From a virus (taxonomy: Duplodnaviria; Caudoviricetes): a stretch of DNA of 64,000 nucleotides. Both the position numbers and the translations under genes were made by a program. Positions 7,813 to 16,000 of the stretch are shown here, piece after piece. The notes beneath the pieces were generated by a model. It saw nothing but the letters and a program-made list of their open reading frames with translations, was not told where the DNA came from and ran no database searches. The first letter of the stretch is position 1, and the number at the start of each line of letters is the position of its first letter. The stretch lies in the IMG/VR virus record IMGVR_UViG_3300033069_000781, positions 1 to 64,000 of that record. The stretch is one strand, 5' to 3'.

Positions 7813-8157
7813 ATGAAAGTAGTAGCAGGAGCTGTATTTGGAGAATGGACAGTACTAGCGTATATGAATGCAGAGGAGGTTCACTGTCGGTGTAGTTGTG
7901 GTACATTGAGCTGTCTAGGGGCGGGTAGCCTAAGAAATAAAAAGAGCACAAGGTGTTTTGAGTGTGGAAATAAGTTACGAGGTCAGAACGCCACATATAA
8001 ACCAAGGAAGTACAAAACCAGCGCACGCAGGATAAGTGAAATATATGACTTAAACTATACATACGTTTTAGATTGCTTTCGAAGACTCGGGGAGATTGAG
8101 ACATTAAAATACCTAGAACAAAAAAGGATTCAAAAGTATGAACGCGCTATCAGATGA
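7813..8157 (+). CDS. Cys-containing protein resembling the N-terminal module of phage HNH/AP2 endonucleases
   Basis: FG.WTVL..C.CSCG..L..KST.C..C pattern; AAGGAG RBS. Confidence 0.6.
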   Translation: MKVVAGAVFGEWTVLAYMNAEEVHCRCSCGTLSCLGAGSLRNKKSTRCFECGNKLRGQNATYKPRKYKTSARRISEIYDLNYTYVLDCFRRLGEIETLKYLEQKRIQKYERAIR

Positions 8158-8365
8158 TCTGGTTGTACGAGGATTCGCAGATCAAGGCATTTTTGATTAC
8201 TATTTCATTTACCCACAAACACTATGTGACAAAATGAGACTGAATCAGAGATCGCACATTGAGCTAGAGAACTGGTCAAAGGAGATACCTGAAATAGTGA
8301 GATTGCGTTCGTTTGGAGAGGTTCAACAACATCTGCGTAAGGTACTAAAGGAGACAAAGCAATGA
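8138..8365 (+). CDS. hypothetical protein
   Basis: Overlapping start and stop with neighbours. Confidence 0.6.
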   Translation: MNALSDDLVVRGFADQGIFDYYFIYPQTLCDKMRLNQRSHIELENWSKEIPEIVRLRSFGEVQQHLRKVLKETKQ

Positions 8366-8547
8366 AGAAGTTTGGTTTGAGTCTGATAGCTCTGGTTGGT
8401 TTGACCTGTCTGTTCTCGTATTTGTTGGGAACAAGGCATTCACAGACAAAGACCACGGAAGCTCCGAAGTTGGTGCAAGCAGATGACTGGCGAGAGTTCG
8501 AGATCCACAAGGATGGATATGTATATCACATCAGATATACGAAGTGA
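8362..8547 (+). CDS. small membrane-anchored protein
   Basis: AAGGAG RBS; N-terminal TM segment. Confidence 0.65.
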   Translation: MKKFGLSLIALVGLTCLFSYLLGTRHSQTKTTEAPKLVQADDWREFEIHKDGYVYHIRYTK

Positions 8548-8559
8548 TTGAGTAGTTTG

Positions 8560-9405
8560 TTTAAGCTAAGTAATTAGCATAATTAACTGCTTAACGCATA
8601 ACTGCATTAAGCTAAGTTTTCGACCTTTCATGGGAAGTGCGCCTTCAGTACCATGAGAGGAATATTAAAGGCGATACAGTCGAGGAGATCGCGGGAGGTT
8701 CTCGAATAGAGCTTAAGTCTGCCGATGCTGTTCAGTGGCTATACCCTAGCGCTGGGCCTAAGATAGGACCGGGACTCCCGCTGTAGTCTTTAATAAAGGC
8801 TATTACGGGAGAGACCGGTTCACTAGGGTTACTAGGTCTCCGGGTATCGCACGGTACCCGGAGATTTTTCAGCCGTTGCTCTAGCCATTCAGTAACGGTA
8901 ACGCAAAAGAGTGGATCACTACACATAGGAGTATAGCGATAACAATGTGTAGGAAATGTACGTTAGCGAAAACCAAGCTAAACGATTATCGCTTAGTACG
9001 GCACTATTAATGGAAACATTGGTAGTGCTTTTAATCAAATTAGATGGGACGATACGGGTCTAGCCCCGTTATGCGGTAAATCGCATATGGTGTAAGCCGA
9101 AAGGCCAGAGTAACATCCTCCCCAGGAATGGTAGAAGCCTTAGTTACCCCGAGCGGACGGAACTCTGCTATTCGAACCCGAGAGAGAATCGGGAGTGTAT
9201 CTCGCTGACCCTAAACAAGTCAGCTTATCTTATACCTAAATGTACCGCCGGACTAGGGCCCTAGTCTATACGGGCCTAATAGCCCGTGGCGGTATTTTAA
9301 TAGAACTGCTTTATATGAATAGGTTTCGAATGCTCGATTGGGACTACAACAATGTGATGTTACCAACGTCTCAGTCATTACTTGTCGAGACCTATTCATA
9401 CCTAG
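8560..9405 (+). ncRNA. large structured ncRNA block (one long RNA or several tandem small RNAs)
   Basis: About 850 nt with no credible ORF; more than 10 hairpins, several followed by T-runs (near 8865, 9030, 9295). Confidence 0.6.
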
Positions 9406-9416
9406 CAGTCTAATTT

Positions 9417-9488
9417 ATGGGGGTAGCTCAATATATAGAGCGCTCGGAGCAATCCGAGAGATTAGGGGCGAAAACCCCCTCCCCCCAC
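9417..9488 (+). ncRNA. tRNA-like RNA with a GCAA tetraloop in place of the anticodon loop
   Basis: GGGGG/CCCCC acceptor; TA-GCTC..GAGC D arm; CTCGGA-GCAA-TCCGAG arm; T-like arm AGGGG-CGAAAAC-CCCCT. Confidence 0.6.
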
Positions 9489-9498
9489 TTTGGTTACG

Positions 9499-9567
9499 TG
9501 CAGGTTGGCTTAGCCTGGTTCAAGGCTGCGTTCAGCGTATTCACTGGTTCGAATCCAGTAATTGCAG
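9499..9567 (+). ncRNA. tRNA-like RNA with a truncated anticodon arm (loop TTCAG)
   Basis: Acceptor TGCAGGT/AATTGCA; D arm GCTT..AAGGC; TGCG-TTCAG-CGTA arm; T arm ACTGG-TTCGAAT-CCAGT. Confidence 0.65.
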
Positions 9568-9579
9568 TGTCAGTTTTTG

Positions 9580-10332
9580 TTAAACTAAATATCTACTTTT
9601 TCTTAGCTTACTTTCAAGATCTGCATGACAGTTTAAACATAGTAAATCACATTTGGATAATTCACTTTGTAACGTAGCTTCTGGACAACTACAAAAAGTT
9701 AAAATGTCTAATTTGAAGGATTTTAACTGAGGATCTCTGTGATGAAAAGATAAGCACCTAAGAAGTTTATTGTAACCACACATAGAGCACCCACCACCTA
9801 GCTGATCTACAACTAATTGTTTGCGTCTAGCTCCTTTTGTTCTTTGGTTATTTTTGTGCTTATACGAAGCTTCAATTCTATGCTCTTCTTCCATGTGACA
9901 ATTTTTGCATAATAGATCACACTTAGCTAGCTCTTGTAATACCAAAGACCAAGGTTTACCCCTAATAGCTGTAGTACTCAATCCGAAGCTTTTAAGTTTT
10001 CTTTCTCTGTGGTGGAAAGTTAAAACAGCTAAGTTGTCCGAGTAACCACAGGCATAGCATTTACCCCCTAAGAGGTTAACAATTCTTCGCTTCAGTCTCC
10101 AACCCCGAAGTGTTACACATTTTCGATTACGTGCTTTTCGTTTCTCGGTCCACTTTCTGTAGGCTCTTTCTTGCTTAACAACGGTGACAGGGGAATCGGA
10201 TATGTCAGGTCTGGTGTTGTGGAAACCAAAAGGTGAGCAAGTTAGGCAGAATTTCCTTCTCTGAAGATTCCTACGCTTTCCGTCAATGATTATATGAAGC
10301 GGAATTTTAGTATCGCACTTATTGCAATTCAT
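9580..10332 (-). CDS. HNH endonuclease with two tandem HNH domains
   Basis: LGG.C..CGY...L.FHHR...EL.KCDLLC.NCH occurs twice; likely start ATG 10332, with TATAAT 6 nt upstream. Confidence 0.85.
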   Translation of the reverse strand: MNCNKCDTKIPLHIIIDGKRRNLQRRKFCLTCSPFGFHNTRPDISDSPVTVVKQERAYRKWTEKRKARNRKCVTLRGWRLKRRIVNLLGGKCYACGYSDNLAVLTFHHRERKLKSFGLSTTAIRGKPWSLVLQELAKCDLLCKNCHMEEEHRIEASYKHKNNQRTKGARRKQLVVDQLGGGCSMCGYNKLLRCLSFHHRDPQLKSFKLDILTFCSCPEATLQSELSKCDLLCLNCHADLESKLRKSRYLV

Positions 10333-10362
10333 ATGATTATTATACACTAGTAAAGGAATTAT

Positions 10363-10647
10363 ATGAAGTATAGACAGTGTGTTAGGAGTGGTTTCTGCTG
10401 TAAGCAAGGCCCATGTTGGCACGGAGAATCTATATCAAATAGTAATCCTCAGTGCAAGTTCCTAGAAATAGAGAGTACCCAGAAAATAGGAGATGAGGAG
10501 ATCACTCTTCATAGGTGCGGAATATATGAGCAAATTAAAGATCTCCCAGGAGCCGATGTCAACCCCGCCTTCGGAGCTGGCTGCTGCTCCACAATGTTCA
10601 ACCGAGACCGGGACAGAATTATCGCCCTTACTATCTCTCCCAATTGA
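10363..10647 (+). CDS. YkgJ-like Cys-cluster (Zn/Fe-S) protein
   Basis: CVRSGFCC, C.FL, C.IY and GCC motifs; AAGGAA RBS. Confidence 0.65.
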   Translation: MKYRQCVRSGFCCKQGPCWHGESISNSNPQCKFLEIESTQKIGDEEITLHRCGIYEQIKDLPGADVNPAFGAGCCSTMFNRDRDRIIALTISPN

Positions 10648-10876
10648 TAGAGTAACAGTACTCATATTGTTGGCTGCACTAGATAGTCTATGTAAAGAAG
10701 TAATGAGTGGAGATAAATGGTACCTAGCCATGGGAGCTGCTCAGGATAAACTAATAGCCATGGGTCTATCGGAAGAAAAGGTTACCGATACCTTGAACAA
10801 AATACTGGAGCATAGGTATAAGCGTAGTCAATCCAATCCCATGAAGGATATGTACGATTAATAAAAGGAGGTAGAA

Positions 10877-11005
10877 ATGCCACTGAAAAGAGGTAAATCG
10901 AACCGAATCGTGTCCTACAATATCAGGGAACTCAGAAGAGCAGGTAAACCCCAGAAACAATCCATCGCTATTGCACTTCGTAGTGCAGGTAAGGCGAAGA
11001 AGTAG
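10877..11005 (+). CDS. small basic phage protein [42 protein letters not shown] (not in the ORF track)
   Basis: Strong AAGGAGG RBS; matches a recurrent small phage family pattern (MPL.KG....IS.NI.EL...G.PQKQ..AIAL). Confidence 0.75.
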   Translation: MPLKRGKSNRIVSYNIRELRRAGKPQKQSIAIALRSAGKAKK

Positions 11006-11016
11006 AAAGGAGTTAA

Positions 11017-11256
11017 ATGCAAGAAGTAGCCCAAGAATACGAAGACGCACAGAGTATAAGAGAAGAGGGCGACGGCTACAGCTACGGCGACGGCTACAGC
11101 AACGGCTACGGCTACGGCGACGGCTACAGCAACGGCTACGGCTACGGCTACGGCGACGGCTACAGCAACGGCTACGGCGACGGTTACGGCGACGGTTACG
11201 GCGACGGTTACGGCTACGGCTACGGCTACGGCGACGGTTACGGCTACGGCTGGTAA
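11017..11256 (+). CDS. Gly/Tyr/Asp low-complexity repeat protein (GDGYGYG)
   Basis: AAGGAG RBS; tandem GACGGC/TACGGC codon repeats at 11068-11250. Confidence 0.7.
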   Translation: MQEVAQEYEDAQSIREEGDGYSYGDGYSNGYGYGDGYSNGYGYGYGDGYSNGYGDGYGDGYGDGYGYGYGYGDGYGYGW

Positions 11257-11304
11257 TAATTTACCCGCTACAAATGTAAAATAAAGAAAGGTAGATGTAC
11301 AGTA

Positions 11305-11589
11305 ATGGCGACAATTGATCGACGCATCGTGGTACTTCAGAGGGGTTGGGTAGCTGTGGGTAATTACAGTGAAGTTGAAACTAATAGAATCCAACTGGAT
11401 AACTGTAATATTATTGAATGTTGGGGTACAACTGAGGGGCTTGGACAGTTAGCCCTAAAGGGCCCAACCGATAAAACAAAGCTACGACCATGCGGAACTA
11501 TCAAGACCCATCTTGGGGCAGTGATCCTGACAATTCCTGTTCTTCCGAAGGCTACCACTGTTACAGTTTCCGATGGATTCGTGATTTAG
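11305..11589 (+). CDS. conserved small phage protein commonly paired with GDG-repeat genes
   Basis: IVVLQRGWV.VG...WGTT.GLGQLAL.GP pattern. Confidence 0.75.
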   Translation: MATIDRRIVVLQRGWVAVGNYSEVETNRIQLDNCNIIECWGTTEGLGQLALKGPTDKTKLRPCGTIKTHLGAVILTIPVLPKATTVTVSDGFVI

Positions 11590-11946
11590 ACATATCTAGC
11601 CGCGTAGGCTGAACAAATAGGAGATAGAAATGTTTGAACTAGAAAGTTATAGCTGAACGTTGCGGAGTCGCTCTCCGTGGCCTAAGCTCTTATCGACACA
11701 AAAAACGTCCCGAAGTACAAGGGAATGGTTGGCTATGTGTTGGTATGAAAAATAATACAAGCAGGCCAATAGTGAGTTCTTGGGGACGCTCAAGGACTCG
11801 CTTTCATGAACATAGGTGGAAAAATGGCGCACCCCTGATGTAGCCATCGGGGATACTGTGAGAGGAACCTAACTGTAGGTGTAAAATCCAGCCCTAGTTG
11901 TTGCAACGGCTAAAGGCAAACATACAGTCTATGTTCAAGTTTTGAT

Positions 11947-12059
11947 CTCAACCTGTAGACCTGATCGGAAGTTCCATGACTAATGTGAAAAGTTGGTCAG
12001 AACAGATATGCACTTATGAGAATAAGGTGCTGAGTGGGTTAAAGTCCCATATACAGGTT
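11947..12059 (+). ncRNA. class II tRNA-like cloverleaf RNA
   Basis: AACCTGTA/TACAGGTT closing stem; arms TGACTAA/TTGGTCA and GCACTTAT-GAGA-ATAAGGTGC; T arm GTGGG-TTAAAGT-CCCAT. Confidence 0.5.
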
Positions 12060-12677
12060 TTTGTTTGTTAAATGCATTATATCTAGTATGTAATTAAGGT
12101 ATGGCAACCCAGAATTAGGGGTGAATCTTTTGAGATCTGATACGTCGATGGTATGTAGTGATACTCCTGCCTTCAAGCAATCATCTACCTTCTTTACGTC
12201 ATTAGTTTGAATCGAGTTTAACTTCTTAACCCCATATATAGGCTTATAGTGAAATATACCGTTTAATTCAAAGGCTAGATGTAATACGGGAATGTAGATG
12301 TCTAGCTCAGACCCTACCGTATCTTTTCGGTTAAAGTGTATGTCACAATCTGGGTATAGTCTGCTCAACTCCTGTTCTAGGTACAACTCAAGTTTACTTC
12401 TACGCGTGCCGTAAGTTTTATTTCGATTGTTATAGGTGGCAGCACAAGACTTTGAGCAGAAATTATTCGGACTAATATAACTTGGATGGCGTAATAGCTT
12501 AAGATTGCAGGACTTGCAGAATAATGTATGCATTGGCTGCCTATTGTATAGACCTTGACATACCCCAGAGCAGAATGTATGTTTGTCTCCTCTCTTCATA
12601 CTTGCGTCATGTTGGGCTTTTACCCTTTCGATTGGTTTTGCGCAATGATCGCAAGTTAATTGTATAGTTGTTAGCAT
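12039..12677 (-). CDS. Zn-finger plus Vsr/DUF559-like endonuclease (free-standing homing-type)
   Basis: FCS..C repeats, SKLE, ELDIYIP..LAFELNGIFHY; likely start 12677 downstream of TGCTATCAT. Confidence 0.8.
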   Translation of the reverse strand: MLTTIQLTCDHCAKPIERVKAQHDASMKRGDKHTFCSGVCQGLYNRQPMHTLFCKSCNLKLLRHPSYISPNNFCSKSCAATYNNRNKTYGTRRSKLELYLEQELSRLYPDCDIHFNRKDTVGSELDIYIPVLHLAFELNGIFHYKPIYGVKKLNSIQTNDVKKVDDCLKAGVSLHTIDVSDLKRFTPNSGLPYLNYILDIMHLTNKNLYMGL

Positions 12678-12700
12678 ATAACTGTATGATAGCATAAACA

Positions 12701-12790
12701 GGTTGAGCCGGAAACATGGGTGCGAATCCCATCTTGGGCTAGATGCCCATGTCGTCTAGTTTCACCAGGACACCGGGTATTCTAGTAAAC
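12701..12790 (+). ncRNA. circularly permuted tRNA-like module (YrlA/Y-RNA-like topology)
   Basis: Order is CCGG, T arm (ATGGG-TGCGAAT-CCCAT), closed acceptor (CTTGGGC-TAGAT-GCCCATG), D arm (GTCT..AGGAC), CCGG. Confidence 0.65.
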
Positions 12791-12793
12791 CAT

Positions 12794-12849
12794 ATAACCC
12801 ATATCTAATTGAGCTATTTTTAGTTCAAATCGATATGGGTTATTTCGTT
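12794..12849 (+). terminator. long hairpin terminator
   Basis: ATAACCCATATC..GATATGGGTTAT followed by TTCGTT. Confidence 0.6.
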
Positions 12850-12888
12850 CACACTTGATTGAAGGAGTGCTTACTTTTAGCTATTAAT

Positions 12889-13170
12889 ATGAGTACGAAT
12901 AACTATCACTGTAAATGCAGAGGTGGGTGTGTATGCCCACCACCCCCTAAACCTAGAATTGTCTATAAGGAATTAGATGCTGAAACATTTAATCGCAAAG
13001 CCAATGCTATAGCTAGATCCTTCTGTCCAGAAATATATGAATGTAAGAAATGTGGTAATCCATGTGTTGATGGGTATTGCTGCATGAGTTGTGGTGACGG
13101 TTGCCCAAGGCTAAGCGAGGAGCAAGAGAAAGAGCAAGAAAAGAGATATGCAGAGCAAAACAAACGCTGA
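12889..13170 (+). CDS. Cys-rich zinc-finger protein
   Basis: C.C..GC.C and CKKCGNPC..GYCC..CG motifs. Confidence 0.6.
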   Translation: MSTNNYHCKCRGGCVCPPPPKPRIVYKELDAETFNRKANAIARSFCPEIYECKKCGNPCVDGYCCMSCGDGCPRLSEEQEKEQEKRYAEQNKR

Positions 13171-13452
13171 TCCCACTAAATTCGAGTGGGGTAAGCCACA
13201 AATACATCGTGAGATTTTTGAGATCAGAGATGCAGAGGGTAGATATATAAAAGATTTCGAGATAGCAATAGATATCGATAAATCAGATCTAGGCACTAGT
13301 CTCGATATAGCCATTGCCGATGATCTCTCATATACCCAGCAGAGCCTTTACTAGATATGATACAGAGCACGACAATACTCCCTATAAAACAGAACTAGTC
13401 ATATATGCTAAGGCCCTTGTCAGGGGTTATATCTATAGGTTGGAGTTAACGC

Positions 13453-14058
13453 GTGAAGCGACATGGGAATATGGATGCGAAATACATGAGTACAAATAAA
13501 ACTAAAAAGAAAAAATTAACTAAGGCCCAGATGAGGGTAGCGGTTGCTAAGGATGTCATTGCTCAATTGAAGAGCAAGAAACTAATAGCCAAGGCGGGGA
13601 CTTATTGTGATTTACACACCGCAATAATGCCCGAAGATAGGGATCGCCAGGTCAACGAGGTCCTGAAGAACAAGACATGCAGTGTCTGCGCCTTAGGTGG
13701 CATATTCGTAGCTCAAGTAAATCGATTTAATGATCTAAAGGTCTGTGACGTACCTAATTTAAGGTATAGGTTTGATAATGGCAGTTACGGCGAGAACACC
13801 CTATACGATGATCAAATCAGAGGTTATATCCGTAAGGTATTTACCCCTATCCAAATGAGTTTGATCGAGACCGCTTTTGAAGGCAGAGTAATACTCGATG
13901 ATGCATTAGATGGATCAGAATCATACTATGAGGGCTCCTCTAAGTTCCAGCAAGCTGAAGGTATGTACTTTGATGGCGGCAGAAATATATCTGATAAAGA
14001 ACGAATGATCCTAATTATGCAGAACATTATCGATAATGAAGGTACCTTTATACCTTGA
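13453..14058 (+). CDS. hypothetical phage protein, paralog of 925-1551 (true start probably 13486)
   Basis: Shared motifs with 925-1551. Confidence 0.8.
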   Translation: MKRHGNMDAKYMSTNKTKKKKLTKAQMRVAVAKDVIAQLKSKKLIAKAGTYCDLHTAIMPEDRDRQVNEVLKNKTCSVCALGGIFVAQVNRFNDLKVCDVPNLRYRFDNGSYGENTLYDDQIRGYIRKVFTPIQMSLIETAFEGRVILDDALDGSESYYEGSSKFQQAEGMYFDGGRNISDKERMILIMQNIIDNEGTFIP

Positions 14059-14075
14059 ATAGATAACTCAAATCC

Positions 14076-14143
14076 GGGCTGGGCTGTTGCTCTTCCTATT
14101 ACTATCCATCAGGATACTATAGAAATGAGCAGTAGCCCAGCCC
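14076..14143. terminator. long inverted repeat between convergent genes; probable bidirectional terminator
   Basis: GGGCTGGGCTGTTGCTC pairs with GAGCAGTAGCCCAGCCC. Confidence 0.65.
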
Positions 14144-14187
14144 TTAGTTATTCCATTAGTTATTGGTTAAGTTTACTTTTAGGTATT

Positions 14188-14213
14188 ACCAATTCTTGCA
14201 GGCCTGCAAGAAT
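14188..14213. repeat. palindromic repeat, copy 1
   Basis: ACCAATTCTTGCAGGCCTGCAAGAAT, identical over 26 bp to 46944-46969. Confidence 0.9.
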
Positions 14214-14897
14214 CTAGATCTTGGAGTATTTAGAATAGATCTCATCCCAAGTCTTCTGATTTCTATTACTAATCGGAACCTCGTTTAATTGCCCAATTAG
14301 GGCCTTAAGGTTAGCTTTAATATAGGTCTCAATATACTCGGTATCTGAGGCCTGCTTAGTACTCATTGCCGATATAAAGGTGGTATCAGTACCCATCCCC
14401 GAATCCATTTGGTCCGGCATGATAGCTACGGCTAATACATCCATAGGGTTCCGGATCCCGACTTGGTCCAAACAAATCCCAAGATATCTACGGGTACTAT
14501 CTGAGAAGAGTGGTCTATCTGAGTTATCGAATAATAGCGCAACCTCAGTTATTCCCCAGGCGAACTGCTCCGGTGAGCAGGTATCGATTACTTCGGGTTC
14601 AATAGGATCATTATTCAAACACTCACAGGTAGTATTGAAACAATACCAATCCTCAAAGAATTGATCAGTGGTTAGAGCGGTAATCATGGCCTGTAACTTA
14701 TCCATGTTTAGTTGCGAGAGAACTATAGAGAAGTCATCCCAGAGTTCAGTCTCTAGGGTAGGTATCTCCCAGTTCAAACACTCAGTGCCATAGAGATCTA
14801 ATACTATAGTTAATAGTACAAAACCATAGGTCTCATCGTTAGTTAAATATTTAGCTAATGTAGCCTTATTGCTAGGGGTATGCGAAATAGTCGGCAT
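14214..14897 (-). CDS. hypothetical protein (possible morphogenesis role)
   Basis: 227-aa ORF co-oriented with the terminase. Confidence 0.75.
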   Translation of the reverse strand: MPTISHTPSNKATLAKYLTNDETYGFVLLTIVLDLYGTECLNWEIPTLETELWDDFSIVLSQLNMDKLQAMITALTTDQFFEDWYCFNTTCECLNNDPIEPEVIDTCSPEQFAWGITEVALLFDNSDRPLFSDSTRRYLGICLDQVGIRNPMDVLAVAIMPDQMDSGMGTDTTFISAMSTKQASDTEYIETYIKANLKALIGQLNEVPISNRNQKTWDEIYSKYSKI

Positions 14898-14900
14898 AAC

Positions 14901-15998
14901 TTAATTGAATACTTCGATATCGAAGGGCAACTCAGACTTAGCGATCTGCATTGTTTCAGCTAACTTATCTACCATATCGGCCTGATTCCTAGAGAGTCCG
15001 CTCATAGCCAACTTAAGTTTGGCATCATCCAACATTCCAGCCACCTTCACCAATGAGTTATCTATAATGGCTAGGTTAATCAGTTTATTAGCCATCTTAG
15101 TCACATCGGAATAGCTATAGACGGATCCATTAGCTAACTTAACAAACTGACTAATAAAGGCAGCGGCGTCCTTATAGAGAATGGAGTGACAATCCTCTTC
15201 TGGTAGTGGAAGCCCTCTGGCATAATCCTTATAGAGTGCGCTCTCGGTATCAATTCTAGCTAAAGCTGAGGCGCACTTCTGACAGAGCTCCTTGGTCATT
15301 TTTTGCTTAGTAATAGTCTCAGCTAGCTTATCCATTTGCTTAGCTAAATCGTTCCTCTTATGTGCTCTTAGTAACTCAGCTCTCTTTGTAAAGATTGAGC
15401 CTAAACCACTAGGAGTAGTTATACCCTTACCGGCGGCCTTAGCTACATAATCTAGGACTTGTTCATCAATTGAATCAATTGAGTATTCCGCAAATTTCTC
15501 ATGTAGCTTGGTAGCGATTTGAGCTCTCCACTCAATGGGCATTAAATGTCTATTATCATAGAATTGATGGGCCGCTAGCTTAGTGGTCTCCTCATCTATG
15601 ACGGGATAAAGTCTAACTTTTTCAGAGCCGTCGTGCTCAATTAAAGCGAAGTCAGAATCCGCTAAATCATTCACTGAATTAATTACATGGGCCTTAGCTA
15701 CTTTAGCTAAAACTTCAGATTTAAGGTCACTAGTTATCTTCCACATCTCAGCCCGCTTAAGCAGCTCTTTACCTATTTCAGGAGAACCAGCAGGATTTAA
15801 GATTTCAGACTCCCAGAACTGCAGATTGCTCATGTAGCAGGCTGCCTTGGTATGGCAGGGCCATTTGCGGTTAATTGGATCCGCAAAGGCTTGACTGGGT
15901 AGACCATTGGAATTAATATTGACTAAGTCGAACTCTACTACATAACTTGGTAAGTTATAAGTATTTGCAACTCTATTAAATTCCGAACTTTTTATCAT
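14901..15998 (-). CDS. hypothetical protein rich in K.A motifs (possible virion/head protein)
   Basis: Long ORF; first ATG at 15998. Confidence 0.75.
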   Translation of the reverse strand: MIKSSEFNRVANTYNLPSYVVEFDLVNINSNGLPSQAFADPINRKWPCHTKAACYMSNLQFWESEILNPAGSPEIGKELLKRAEMWKITSDLKSEVLAKVAKAHVINSVNDLADSDFALIEHDGSEKVRLYPVIDEETTKLAAHQFYDNRHLMPIEWRAQIATKLHEKFAEYSIDSIDEQVLDYVAKAAGKGITTPSGLGSIFTKRAELLRAHKRNDLAKQMDKLAETITKQKMTKELCQKCASALARIDTESALYKDYARGLPLPEEDCHSILYKDAAAFISQFVKLANGSVYSYSDVTKMANKLINLAIIDNSLVKVAGMLDDAKLKLAMSGLSRNQADMVDKLAETMQIAKSELPFDIEVFN

Positions 15999-16000
15999 AT

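Noticed and set aside
9499-9567. tRNA-Sec or opal suppressor call
   Set aside because: The loop is 5 nt with no long variable arm or 8-bp acceptor, and TGA is used as a normal stop throughout the window.
9338-9677. Plus-strand ORFs 9338-9583 and 9417-9677
   Set aside because: They overlap the tRNA-like structures and the HNH 3' end, and have no RBS.
10915-11394. AVAVAV (minus strand) and RLRRRL (alternative plus frame) ORFs
   Set aside because: They are shadow frames of the GDGY hexamer repeat; only the 11017 frame has an RBS.
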